Source: Somniosus microcephalus (Eukaryota). From it: a stretch of 64,000 nucleotides of DNA. The notes beneath the pieces were generated by a model, which was given only the letters and a program-made list of their open reading frames with translations, was not told where the DNA came from and searched no databases. This document shows, in pieces, positions 39,780-52,100 of the stretch. Within the stretch, counting starts at the first letter, position 1. Every line of letters starts with the position of its first letter. The translations under genes and the position numbers were made by a program. The stretch spans positions 33,852,001 through 33,916,000 of the forward strand of contig CM126220.1 in assembly GCA_052327205.1 (NCBI GenBank), given 5' to 3'.

Positions 39780-39785
39780 TTTATT
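39780..39785 (-). terminator. Proximal polyadenylation signal (AATAAA) of EWSR1
   Basis: AATAAA ~300 nt after the stop, followed by a GT-rich stretch on the minus strand. Confidence 0.55.
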
Positions 39786-40086
39786 GCAGTATCACCATAG
39801 TATAAACAGAACAAAAGCTATGCACTGTACATTTTTGTTTTGCATGCTCTTCAGGATCTCGTTCACATCATTACATTCACCTTGACAAAAGTAAAAATTA
39901 AGCGAAAAGTCACCCTAACATGAAATTTACTTCCTGACTCGGCTATATCCACTGAAAAACTAATACAATACCGAAATATTGCCGTAATGTTGTTGCAAAC
40001 AACATTATAAATACGGAATTACAAATTTAAAACATTTTTAAAAAATATTTGTTGTAGTAAACAGAAAACCAGATGGGTCATCTACT

Positions 40087-40126
40087 TCAATATGGTCTCT
40101 CCCGACGGTCCTGGCGACGGTCACCC
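40087..40126 (-). CDS. EWSR1: EWSR1 last coding exon (PY-NLS, stop TGA)
   Basis: TTTTTAG|GGGTGAC; [12 protein letters not shown]. Confidence 0.95.
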
Positions 40127-43100
40127 CTAAAAAGGAGAGACACCATTAGCAATTCACGCTAAAAAACCACAAAGAGTTGAGTTACAGGCATTTACAGCAG
40201 TCTTTCCACAGCTGGTTACACAATCCGGAGTAAAAGGAACCAGCAGTTCGAATTCAACGGACTGCACAGCTGACGGTCTAGTGTTCAAATAGAACATATT
40301 TATACATGCATAAATACAGAAAAATTCCAGCATTTAAAGATAGTTTAAATGTTGGTCAACTTACTTCCTATCCATTTTTCCTGGTCCACCACGCCCACCT
40401 CTGAAACCCATTAGCTCTCCCATGGGGGGACCACCAAGCATGCCTCTTCCACCTCTAAAGCCACCTCGCTCACCACCACGTCCACCTCGGAAACCACCAC
40501 GATCCCCACCTCGGGATCCTCGGAAACCACCACGATCCATACCGCGGCCACCTCTCATCATGGGGCCACCCCTACCACGATCACCTGTCCAATCAAATCA
40601 AAAATGAAAGATGGTGAACAAGTTTTCTCTGCACACAACTCTGGGGAAGGGGGGAAAAAGGGAAGGAGAAAGAGAAATATTCCTTTCAGACCATCTTCAT
40701 AAATGGGATAAAACTGGTAGCATGCAGCCTCAAGATTTTTGAATCCAGATGTGCAAAAGCAAGTTAACTTTTTAAAATGTTACACAAAAGACAAGCACAG
40801 ATTCAATTGTTATAGTAAATATTGGGTCAGAAACTTCCCGTTGACAGAATATGGATGCCAGCTAATGCTCACAGTATAGATCCGAGAGATGTAAAATACA
40901 TATCAGCCATGATTAAATTAACTCACCTGGAGGGAATGGTGGTGGGAGAGGACCATCTGGTTTTGGAGCCTTACACTGGTTACATTCAGTTCGCCAGGCA
41001 AAGTTAGAATTTCCACAAGTTCTATAAATAAAAAACGACAGATGCATTACATCGAGTCAATTTTGACCCCAGAACCATCAAAACATGCAAATAAAATACT
41101 CAAACCAAGTCAGACATACGGGTTGGGACATCGCCAGTCACCAGCTCTCTGCTGCGTATTTCCTCCAGAAGGTCCACCACGACCGCGTGGACCACCTCGT
41201 CCAAATCCTCCTCCACCACCACGACCCATGGGTCCTGAAATGAAGGTTGGATGAAGAATACGTGCATAACTACAGCTGGTAGGAAATATTCACAGCCAAC
41301 ATTACTGCACTACAGTGTTTCACAACTAGTTTAATGCACATCTGTTGCCATCACAAAATTCCTAGACTACATTAAATTGCATTCTGTAAATACAAATTAT
41401 ACCAGCCATGGTAAATACACAAAATTCCAAAATAACTTTTCAGGTCACTGTTTAATTATAAAAAAAGTAATTTAAGCTATTTTTCACACTTATAACTATG
41501 GATACTGCATTTCAAAATTAAAACCACAAAATGTAATTATAGATGAGGCTACAGATACTAGGCCCCATGGACAACCATATTCTGAATAACTATTGCATAC
41601 CCAAGAATTTTATGCTGCTACTCAACTCAGAAGAGTTCTTGGTACACAACATAAGGCCCCTCGAGCCTGCTCCGCCATTCAATAAGATCATGGCTGATCA
41701 TCGACCTCAACTCCCACTTTCCCGCCCAATCTCCATATCCCTTGATTCCCCATGAGTCCAAAAAATCTATCCATCTCAGCCTTGAATATACTCAAAGACT
41801 CAGCATCCACAGCCCTCTGGGGCAGAGAATTCCAAAGATTCACAACCCTCTTGAGTGAAGAAATTCCTCCTCATCTCAGTCTTAAATGGCCGACCCCTTA
41901 TCTGAGACTATGCCCCCTAGTTCTAGACACTCCAGCCAGGGGAAACAACCTCTCAGCATCTACCCTGTCAATACCCTTCAGAATCTTGTATATTTCAACG
42001 AGATCACCTCTCATTCTTCTAAACTCCAGAGAGTATAGGCCCATTCTACACAATCTCTCATCATAGGACAGCCCTCTCATCCCACAAATCAATCTAGTGA
42101 ACCTTCGTTGCACCGCCTCCAAGGCAAGTATATCCTTCCTTAGATTAGGAGACCAAAACTGTGCACAGTACTCCAGGTGTGGTCTCACCAAGGCCCTGTA
42201 CAATTGTAGCAAGACTTCCTTGCTCTTATACTCCAACCCCCTTGCAATAAAGGCCAACATCCCATTTACTTTCTTTATTGCTTGCTGTACCTGCATGCTA
42301 GCTTTGTGTTTCTTGCACGAGGGCACCCAAATCTTGCTGAACACCCAACATTTGAAAGTTTCTCACCATTTAAAAAATATTCTGTTTTTCTATTCTTCCT
42401 ACCAAAGTGAATAACTGCACATTTCCCTACATTATACTCCACCTTACTGCCCACTCACTTAGTCTATCTATATCCCTTTGCAGACTCTGTTCTCCTCACA
42501 GCATACTTTCCCACCCAGCTTTGTATCATCAGCAAACTTGGACACATTACACTTGGTCCCTTCATCTAGGTCATTAATATAGATTGTAAATAGCTGAGGC
42601 CCCAACACTGATCCTTGCGGCACCCCACTAGTTTCAGCCTGCCAACCTGAAAAAGATCAGTTTATTCCCGACTCTTTGTTTTCTGTCCGTTAACCAATCC
42701 TCCATCCATGCTACTATATTACCCCCAACCCCATGAGCCCTGACATACTACATCCACTGGTTCTCCTTTATCTACCCTGCTAGTTACATCCTCAAAGAAA
42801 ATCATAACATGATTAGGCAGAGTTTGAAGTGCCCTGATACCACTTCCTTAACAATGGATTCCAGCATTTTCCTGACGACTGATGTCAGGCTAATTGGCCT
42901 GTAGTTCCCAATTTTCTCTCTCCCTTCTTTCTTGAATAGAGGCGTTACATTTGCGACCTTCCAATCTGCTGGGACCATTCCAGAAGCCAGGGAACTTTGG
43001 AAGATCAAAACCAAAGCATCCACTAGCTCTTCAGCCACCTCTTTTAGAACCCTAGGGTGTAGGCCGTCAGGTCCAGGGGATTTGTAGGCTTTTAGTCCCA

Positions 43101-46100
43101 TTGGTATCTCTAGTACCTTTTTCTCAACTTATATTAATTACATTAAGTTCCTCACCCTCATTAGTCCCTTGGTTCCCCACCATTTTTGGTATGCTTTTTG
43201 TGTCTTCTACTGTGAAAACAGATACAAAATATTTGTTTAACGTTTCTGCCATTTCTTTATTTCCCATAATAATTTCTCCTGTCTCAGCCTCTAAGGGACC
43301 AACGTTTACTTTTGCTAATCTTTTCCTTTTTACATACTTGTACAAACTCTTAGTCAGCTTTTATATTTCTTGCTAGTTTTCTCATTCTATTTTTTCCCTT
43401 TATCAATTTTTCAGTCAACCTTTGCTCGTTTCTGAAACTCTCCCAATCCTCAGGCTTACTATTATTCTTTGCAACATAAGCTTCTTCTTTCAATCCAACA
43501 CTGCTTAACTTCTTTAGGTAGCCATGGTTGGATCACTTTTCCCGTGGAGTTTGTTTCTCAAATGGAAAGTATTTTTTGTTGAGAATTATGAAATATTTCT
43601 TTAAATGCTAGCCACTGCTCATCTACCACCATACCTTTTAATCTATTATTCCCAATCTACCTTAGCCAACCCCCCCCCCCATACCTATGTAATTGGCTTT
43701 ATTTAAGTTTAAGACTCTGACTTAGGCAAGCCACTCTCAAAATTAATGTGAAATTATGATCACTCTGCCCTAGAGGATCCTTTACTATGAGATTGCTAAT
43801 TAACCCTGTCTCATTACACAATACCATATCTAAAATAGCCTGTTCCCTGGTTGGCTCCATGACATATTGTTCTAGGAAACTGTCCCGAATGCATTCCATG
43901 AACTCGTCCTCCAGACTACCTTTGCCAATTTGATTTGTCCAGTCTATAGGAAGATTAAAGTCCCAAGATTATTGCATTACCTTTGTTGCAAGCTCCTACT
44001 ATTTCTTGATTAATATTCTGTCCAACGGTATAGCTACTGTTAGGGGCCTATATACTACTCCTACTAGTGTTTTCTGCCCCTTGTTATTCCTCATCTCCAC
44101 CCATACTGATTCTACTTCCTGATCTTCCGAGTCGAGATCTTTCTTGCTACTGTCCTTATGTCCTCCTTTATTATTGGGGCTACACCCCATCCTTTTCCAT
44201 TCTGCCTGTCTTTGCGAAATGTCAAGTACCCTGGAACATTTAGTTCCCAACCGTGGCCACCTTGCAACCATGTCTCTGTAATGGCTATTAGATCAAACCC
44301 ATTTATCTCTTAGTGCCACTAGTTCGTCTATCTTGTTACGAATGCTTCGTGCATTCAAATAAAGAGCCTTTAATTTAAATGTTACCATTATTCCCTGCTT
44401 TGGCCTTATTCTCTGCTGCACTGCTACCATTAAACTCTGTCCCTTCCTGTCACACTCTGCTTATTTTTACCCTAATCGTTACACTGCTCTATTGCCTTGA
44501 CCTTTCTCTTTAGATTTCTAAAATTTCCCCTCACCGGACCCCTCCCCCACTTTTTTAGTTTAAAGCCCTAAAAATTAAGTGACTTGTATTTGAATTAAGG
44601 CACCATCAATATGCAGCATTCTACATTTTCACCAATCCACAATTGTGGTTCTTTTTAAAAATAAAAGCTATTTAAATGTTACTCATTTAGAAGTGACATT
44701 ACTGCATCACTGGTAGTCTTTGTACATATGTGAAGATTGATTTCAATGAGGAATCACCACACCCATCAAACTTTCCCTCTCCACACCAATGTGCAACAGT
44801 AATCAGTACCATTTTGAATAGGCAGAGAATGGAAAATGTGTGTGGTTTAGCAACATTCTCCTCAGTGCATTTTATTTTAATTGCTCCCAAACTGGCTGGA
44901 GCATTTCTACTAGAAAATGTATGCCCTGATGACTCAATGTTCAAGTGATTGAAGCATTTAAATCCTGGGTTACAAACACCACACAATCTTGCAAAAGTGC
45001 ATTTGAGTGAAGTGCACAATTTATGCCAGATTCCTGCTACTGTTATTTCAATTAGGCAAATGGAAAGCTGTACTGGAATGAACAAAAACAGTTTTAAAAA
45101 AATTGCAAAATTGAACAAACAAGCAGTGCATGTAGAGTTCAAGGGCACACCCTAAACACTGCAGAAAGATTGTGGATTTAGAAAATCTGGGCAATTTGAA
45201 AAGCAAAAGGACTAGACTATGCAGCAACACATGAGTAACTGGAAAAGTAAACATTTTGAATTAGAAGCTCAAAGCAAATTCCAGAAGCCAAGTAAGATGC
45301 AAATGTGACCTGTGAAATGCTAGACCGTTCCAATTTCATTAAATGCAAGAGGAAAAAAGGCACAGGGAAACATTCGATTGCCTAATAGATTAAGAAATTT
45401 ACACATTTAGGTTTAAGAATTTTTACACATTTTCCAGTCGCTGTTTGGATCTTAAATCCAGGGCATTAAAAGGAAAATGATTTCCTACGGTGCTTGGGAC
45501 AGACATCAAAAATCAGTATCTAACCAACCATTTAAGCAGTGCATTTGGTACGAAAGCAAAAAACTTACCTTGACCTGAAATAAAGCCCACCAATCCTTAA
45601 AGGGAGCAACATATTGTGCACCAAAATTTGCAGGCAGGCAGTTTCAGGAGCTATGTCTGTCACTCATTGATTTGAATCAATCCAAACTAGCTTCAACTAA
45701 CTTCCCTTGGGGAAGAGGTGAAAAACAGTGCCAGGATCTTGAAGGTTTAACGATCCCAGAAATTCTCAGAGATTCTCCCCCCCCCCCCACCTCCCACTGT
45801 TGCAAAATAAATCTGGCTGCTTGGCTACTACCTGCATCGGCTGTGGTGGCGGTGCTAACTTGCTTTACTATAGAATTTTAAATTTTTCTTCATTTGGGCC
45901 AATGTCCCAAACTCCTCCATCACCATCCCCGGGTATGTCCTGTCCCACCGGCAGGACAGACCCACCAGGGGTGGTGGCACAGTGGTATACAGTCGGGAAG
46001 GAGTGGCCCTGGGAGTCCTCAACATTTGACTCCAGACCCCATGAAGTGTCATGGCTTCAGGTCAAGCAAACCTCCTACCACCCTCCCTCAGCTGATGAAT

Positions 46101-49100
46101 CAGTACTCCTCCATGTTGAACACCACTTGGAAGAAGCAGAGAGTAGCAAGAGCACAGAATGTACTCTGGGTGTACAATGTCAATCACCAAGAGTGGCTCG
46201 GTAGCACCACTACTGACTGAGCTGGCCAAGTCCCGAAGGACATAGCTGCCAGTCTGGGCCTGCAACAGGTGGTGAGTGAACCAACACGAGGGAAAAACCT
46301 ATTGGACCTCGTCCTCACCAATCTACCTGTCGCAGATACACCTGTCCATGACAGCACTGACCACCGCTCAGTCAGTCATTGTGGAGACGAAGTCCCGTCT
46401 TCACACCGAGAACACTCTCCATTGTGTTGTGTGGCACTGCCACCGTACTAAATGGGATAGATTCAGAACAGATCTAGCAGCTCAAAACTGGGCATCCATG
46501 AGGCACTGTGGGCCATCAGCAGCAGCAGCATTGTATTCCACCACAATCTGTAACCTCATGGCCCGGCATATCCCTCACTCTACCATTACCAAGCCAAGGG
46601 GCCAACCCTGGTTCAACGAGTGTAGTACAGCATGCCAGGAGCAACACCAGGCGTACCTAAAAACGAGGTGCCAACCTGAGGAAGCTGCAACACAGGACTA
46701 CGTGCATGTTAAAAAGCAGCAGCATGTTCTAGACAGGGCTAAGCAATCCCACAATCAACGGATCAGATCAGTCCTACCACATCCAGTCGTGAATGGTGGT
46801 GGACCCTAAAACAACTAACGGGAGAAGGGGGCTCAAAGAAAATCCCCATCCTCAATGATGGTAGAGCCCAGCACGTGAGTGCAAAAGGCAAGGCTGAAGC
46901 GTTTGCAACCAACTTCAGCCAGAAGTGCCGAGTGGATGATTCATATCGGCCTACTCCAGAGGTCCCCACCATCACAGAAGCCAGTCTTCAGCCAATTCGA
47001 TCGCTCCACGTCATATCAAGAAATGGCTGAGCGCACTGGATACAGCAAAGGCTATGGGCCCCAACAACATCCCGGCTATCGTGCTGAAGACTTGTGCTCC
47101 AGAACTAGCCAAGCTGTTCCAGTACAGCTACAATACTGGCATCTATCCGACAATGTGGAAAACTGCCCAGGTATCCAATCCGGCCAATTACCACCCCATC
47201 AGTCTACTCTCAATCATCAGCAAAGTGATGGAAGGGGTCATTGACAGTGCTATCAAGCGACACTTACTCACCAATAACCTGCTCACTGATGCCCAGTTTC
47301 GGTTCCGCCAAGACCACTCGGCTCCAGACCTCATTACAGCCTTGGTCCAAAATTCCAGAGGTGAGAGCGACTGCCCTTGACATCAAGGCAGCATTTGACC
47401 AAGTGTGGCATTAAGGAGCCCTAGCAAAACTGAAGTCAATGGGAATCAGGGGGAAAACATTCCACTGGCTGGAGCATACCTAGCACAAAGGAAGATGGTT
47501 GTTGTGATTGAAGGTCAATCATCACAGCCCCAGGACATCGCTGCAGGAATTCCTCAGGGCAGTGTCCTAGGCCCAACCATCTTCAGCTGCTTCATCAATG
47601 ACCTTCCCTCCAACATAAGGTCAGAAATGGGGATGTTCGCTGATGACCGTACAGTGTTCAGCGCCATTCACAACTCCACAGATAATGAAGCAGTCCATGC
47701 CCGCATGCAACAAGACCTGGACGACATTCAGGCTTGGGCTGGTAAGTGGCAAGTAACATTCGCGCCACAGAAGTGCCAGGCAATGACTATCTCCAACAAA
47801 CGAGAGTCTAACCACCTCCCCTTGACATTCAACGGTATTACCATTGCCAAATCCCCCACTAATCAACATCCTGGGGGGGGGGGGGGGGTCACCATTAACC
47901 AGACACTTAAATGGACCAGCCACATAAATACTGTGGCAACAAGAGGTCAGAGGCTGGGTATTCTGCAGCAAGTGTCTCACCTCCTGACTCCCCAAAGCCT
48001 TTCCACCATTTACAAGGCACAAGTAAGGAGTGTGATGGAATACTCTCCACTTGCCTGGATGAGTGCAGCGCCAACAACACCATCCAGGACAAAGCAGCCC
48101 GCTTGACTGGCACCCCATCCACCACTTTAAACATTCACTCCCTCCACCACCGGCGTACCGTGCCTGCAGTGTGTACCATCTACAAGATGCACTGCAGCAA
48201 CTCGCCAAGGCTTCTTCAACAGCACCTCCCAAACCCGTGACCTCTTCCACCTAGAAGGACAAGGGCAGCAGGCGCATGGGAACACCACCACCTCCAAGTT
48301 CCCCTCCAAGTCACACACCATTCTGACTTAGAAGTATATCACCGATCCTTCATCGTCGCTGGGTCAAAATCCTGGAACTCTCTACCCAACAGCACTGTGG
48401 GAATACCATCACCACACAGACTGCAGCGGTTCACCACCACCTTCCCATGGGCAACTAGGGATGGGCAGTAAATGCTGGCCTCGCCAGATCCCGTAAACGA
48501 ATAAAAAGTGTCAATGCTAGAGACTCAAATTAATACTGAAGTGGAAGGGGTGTATAATGGCAAAAAACCCAGATGGAGGTATTTGCTATAGCAGGTTTCT
48601 CAAAATTTACTAATATTGACAAGTGTCAGATCTGGCAGCTAATCACTGTTCCTCTTGATTTGCATGAATATTGATGTGCATTAATATTGATTGGTACATG
48701 AATCTCAATCTGTGCAAAATAGGAGAAGGCTGTATCAGGTGGTGCAAACTGCTGCATTTAAATTGAAAAATTTATGGTTCTGCAACTGCTCCAGTACTGG
48801 CCAGCAGTGTCTGAAGTGGAGCAAATTCATAACAAGAGCTAGGAAATTTTATGAACCACAGGTGATCATCAACATGCCTTCTCCAACAGTACAGTTGGTG
48901 CAGCTTTCCAGAGAACTTTGTTTTTGCTAGAAGATGGTGAAAAATTTGAGTAGGGCTATTCTGGCCAGTAATCCAGATCAGATACCAGAAGACAACAGAA
49001 TATGTCCCAGGTATCAGCCACTGGGAAGGATACACAATATTGAATTTCAACTAGATCACAGAGGAGTAACAGCTAAAATGTAGTCGGTGACTTCAGTACT

Positions 49101-52100
49101 AAAAGTCACATACTACAAACACCATAACACTAAAAAGTAAACACTTATTGCTGTGACTATGCATGGAGAAGAAATAGGAAGTGAAGTCCAGACTAGGGTT
49201 CCTGCTACCAATTGTTAGCCAGCTGCAGAAGGGAAAGAGGGGTAAAGAGATTACTAGACCAAAATGGCTAATTCAAAAGAATAAAAGGTCCCTAGTTTAC
49301 TTCTTCTCACTCAATTGGGGCTATGCGCTATAGTAAACAGAGGTACACGATCGCACCTCATAACACAAGACACTTTCCCAATAAAAAGCAAAAGTGGTAT
49401 TACCTGGTCTGTAATGCAGATTCTCACCTCCTCGACCAGGGAGCCCACCACCTCTTCCATCGCGGAGGGGGACACTGCCTCGCATATTATTAAATGGCAA
49501 TGGTGGTGGCGGCTGTTGCAGTTGCGGTTGAGGCTGTGGCTGCTGCTTCTTTCTGGCCATAGCAACCTTGATTGGGTTGGAGTCAAACTCCTTGCCTGAA
49601 TGCAACAGAAATTATTACTACAACAGAAAGGAGGTACAGTATTATGTTCTGGCATAAGACGACAACATGAAAAACCTACCATCAAACCATTCTAGAGCAG
49701 CCTTAGCAGCAGGAGGATCATCATACGACACAGTGGCTTCACCCTTGGGTTTTCCAGTCTCTTTGTCAATGAATATGTTGATCATAGGCTGTCCAGTTCG
49801 CTTGTTGATCTGTAAGTGTACAGTTGCAAAGTTAATGGTCAAACTTCAAAAAAACCTACACCAGACACTATCAGTTGACAGTACACACCAACACAAACCT
49901 TTATAGCACCAGTTTGCTTGAAGAAATCCAAAAGCCTTTCTGGAGTTATATTTTCACCCAAACCTTGCACATAAATAGTATCATTCTCCACATCTTCCTG
50001 CGGGGCTGGAGCTGGGGTTGGAGTTGGGGCTGGAGCTGGAGCTGGGGGTGGTGGTGGTGGTTCAGCGGCTGCTACTGCAAAAAAAAAGTACAAATATCTT
50101 TTTTTTTTAAATCTAAAAAAAAGGATACAGGTGCAGTGTTCTCCTCTGAACCAAAGGGGAAATATTATCCATCAAGTAGGGTCTACTTTAATCTTCGATT
50201 CCAAAATGCCTTCCATATACTGTGGGAATGAGTCCAGCTATCATGCTGAATGTGGAGGAGAGGGACATTACCTCAAACTTTTTAATGCACAAAGTTACTG
50301 ACCGGGACATCACTCATTCCATATAAATCAAACCCAACAATTAGAGCTACCATTTTCAACTTGGATGTATTGTGGGAACCTCCCCGAAAGGAAGGAATAT
50401 GCAGAAATGGTTCTTGGTGCATGTGGTTCTCTGCATTCAGACAGTTAAATTTTCCTTTCTTTTATTCTGCAACACTGGGGATTGACCCAGTAATGGAGAA
50501 GGAAGAAAGGTGATCTTACTTTGGAGGAAACACCAGTCAATACAGGGCTACTGAAGAGCATTTAAAAAACCTCAAACCGTTTACAAACACATGTGGAGTA
50601 CTGCACATGGCTGGCTTACAGAATTTACACAAGAGTGTGACATAAAAAACCCACAAAAGTAGTGTTGCTTGTGACCATTTCCCCCACATCCAGACCCATT
50701 CCACTGCATGCAAGGTAAAGACAAAAAGGTACAAAATTTCTTAAGCAAAACATATTTAGCGAATGACATACCAAGAGACAAGAACAAATAAATGGTCATA
50801 CCACCAGAAAGAGGTATATTTGAAAGAAAAAAAGTGATTAAAACAGCACATTTGTACCCTAATAAGCTACTGAGATCATTACCTGGTTCAGGCTCTGGAG
50901 TTTCTTCTACAGCTGTTACTGGATGGGAGGGGAAAGAAAGCAACAACTACATTACTTTGCATTCCACTGACCCGCTACCTTTAAACATCTAGACCTAAAA
51001 TTGCAGCACCTTTTTTGGTTATTCATTCAACCGAGATGCACTGCAAATGTAAGACCACATCATGTGAAATAATCTCCAGTGAAATTTAAAATATTAAACA
51101 GTTTTACTTTAAAAAAAAAAAAAAACTCCCCCCCATTTAAATGTTTTTAAAAATAAAAATAAACCATTTGGTACTTTATACCACTTCATACAAGTGGTTA
51201 TTTCCTTTCTATATTCATCACCAGCATTAGGTAATTTGAACCCATTTTAATGCAAGCCCATCACTTAAGTGCTTACTCACTTTACACGTTCTATTCATCA
51301 CCAGTATCAGGTAATTTGAAACCCATTTTAATGCAAACCCATCACTCAAGTGATTATTCACTTTATACATCCACATTCACCACAGTATCAGGTAATTTGA
51401 AACCCATTTTAACGCAAACCCATTTTAATGCCGGCACTTGACACCAGTATATATACACATATATGCGTTGAATTTTGTATACAAGTAAATTTTACTATGC
51501 AAAATATTTTTTCCCCACAGACTGCAAACACAATGTATTTGACTAACCATTTTAATACTAAAAACTTACCACCAGGCTTACTGAAGCCACCCCGGTCGAC
51601 ACCGCTGCAGGGACAAATATGAAGAAATGAAGTATCCCTTAAGCCAGTACCACTTGAGCCTAAGGCTCAATGATGAAACTCGTGACTCTTTTAAAGCACT
51701 GGCTAAGGCCTCTGAAGTTTCACCAGTTTTCATCTGCGAGTTTGCCTTTCTTCACAGTAGTTCTCCTAAAGCTTTCGTACACCCTTCAAAACCATATACA
51801 CCTTCACTGTTTGACTTGCCAGTAACAGGGTTCTGAACAACTAAAGTTGGTGCATGCAGTTTTATAACAGAACTGTTAAGCAACCATTAACACTAGTTTT
51901 ACATTACTCTTTAACTTCCAAATAAATTACATTACTGTATATAATAAATACCATGTTTACATTACAAGTGTACAATACCATGCTTTTATGTATTACTCCA
52001 CTTGCATACACCATACATATTTTTTTGTCCATACATATGTAGAAAACGTGTCTAGTCCCACTTTTCAATATGCTGCCGGCTCAGTCAAAATAGTTTAAAG

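Noticed and set aside
51213-51430. Possible box C/D snoRNA copies (GTGATGA ... CTGA on minus strand) in the 81-bp repeat
   Set aside because: No single unit has both intact boxes, no terminal stem, and no rRNA complementarity recognised; a snoscan search would settle it
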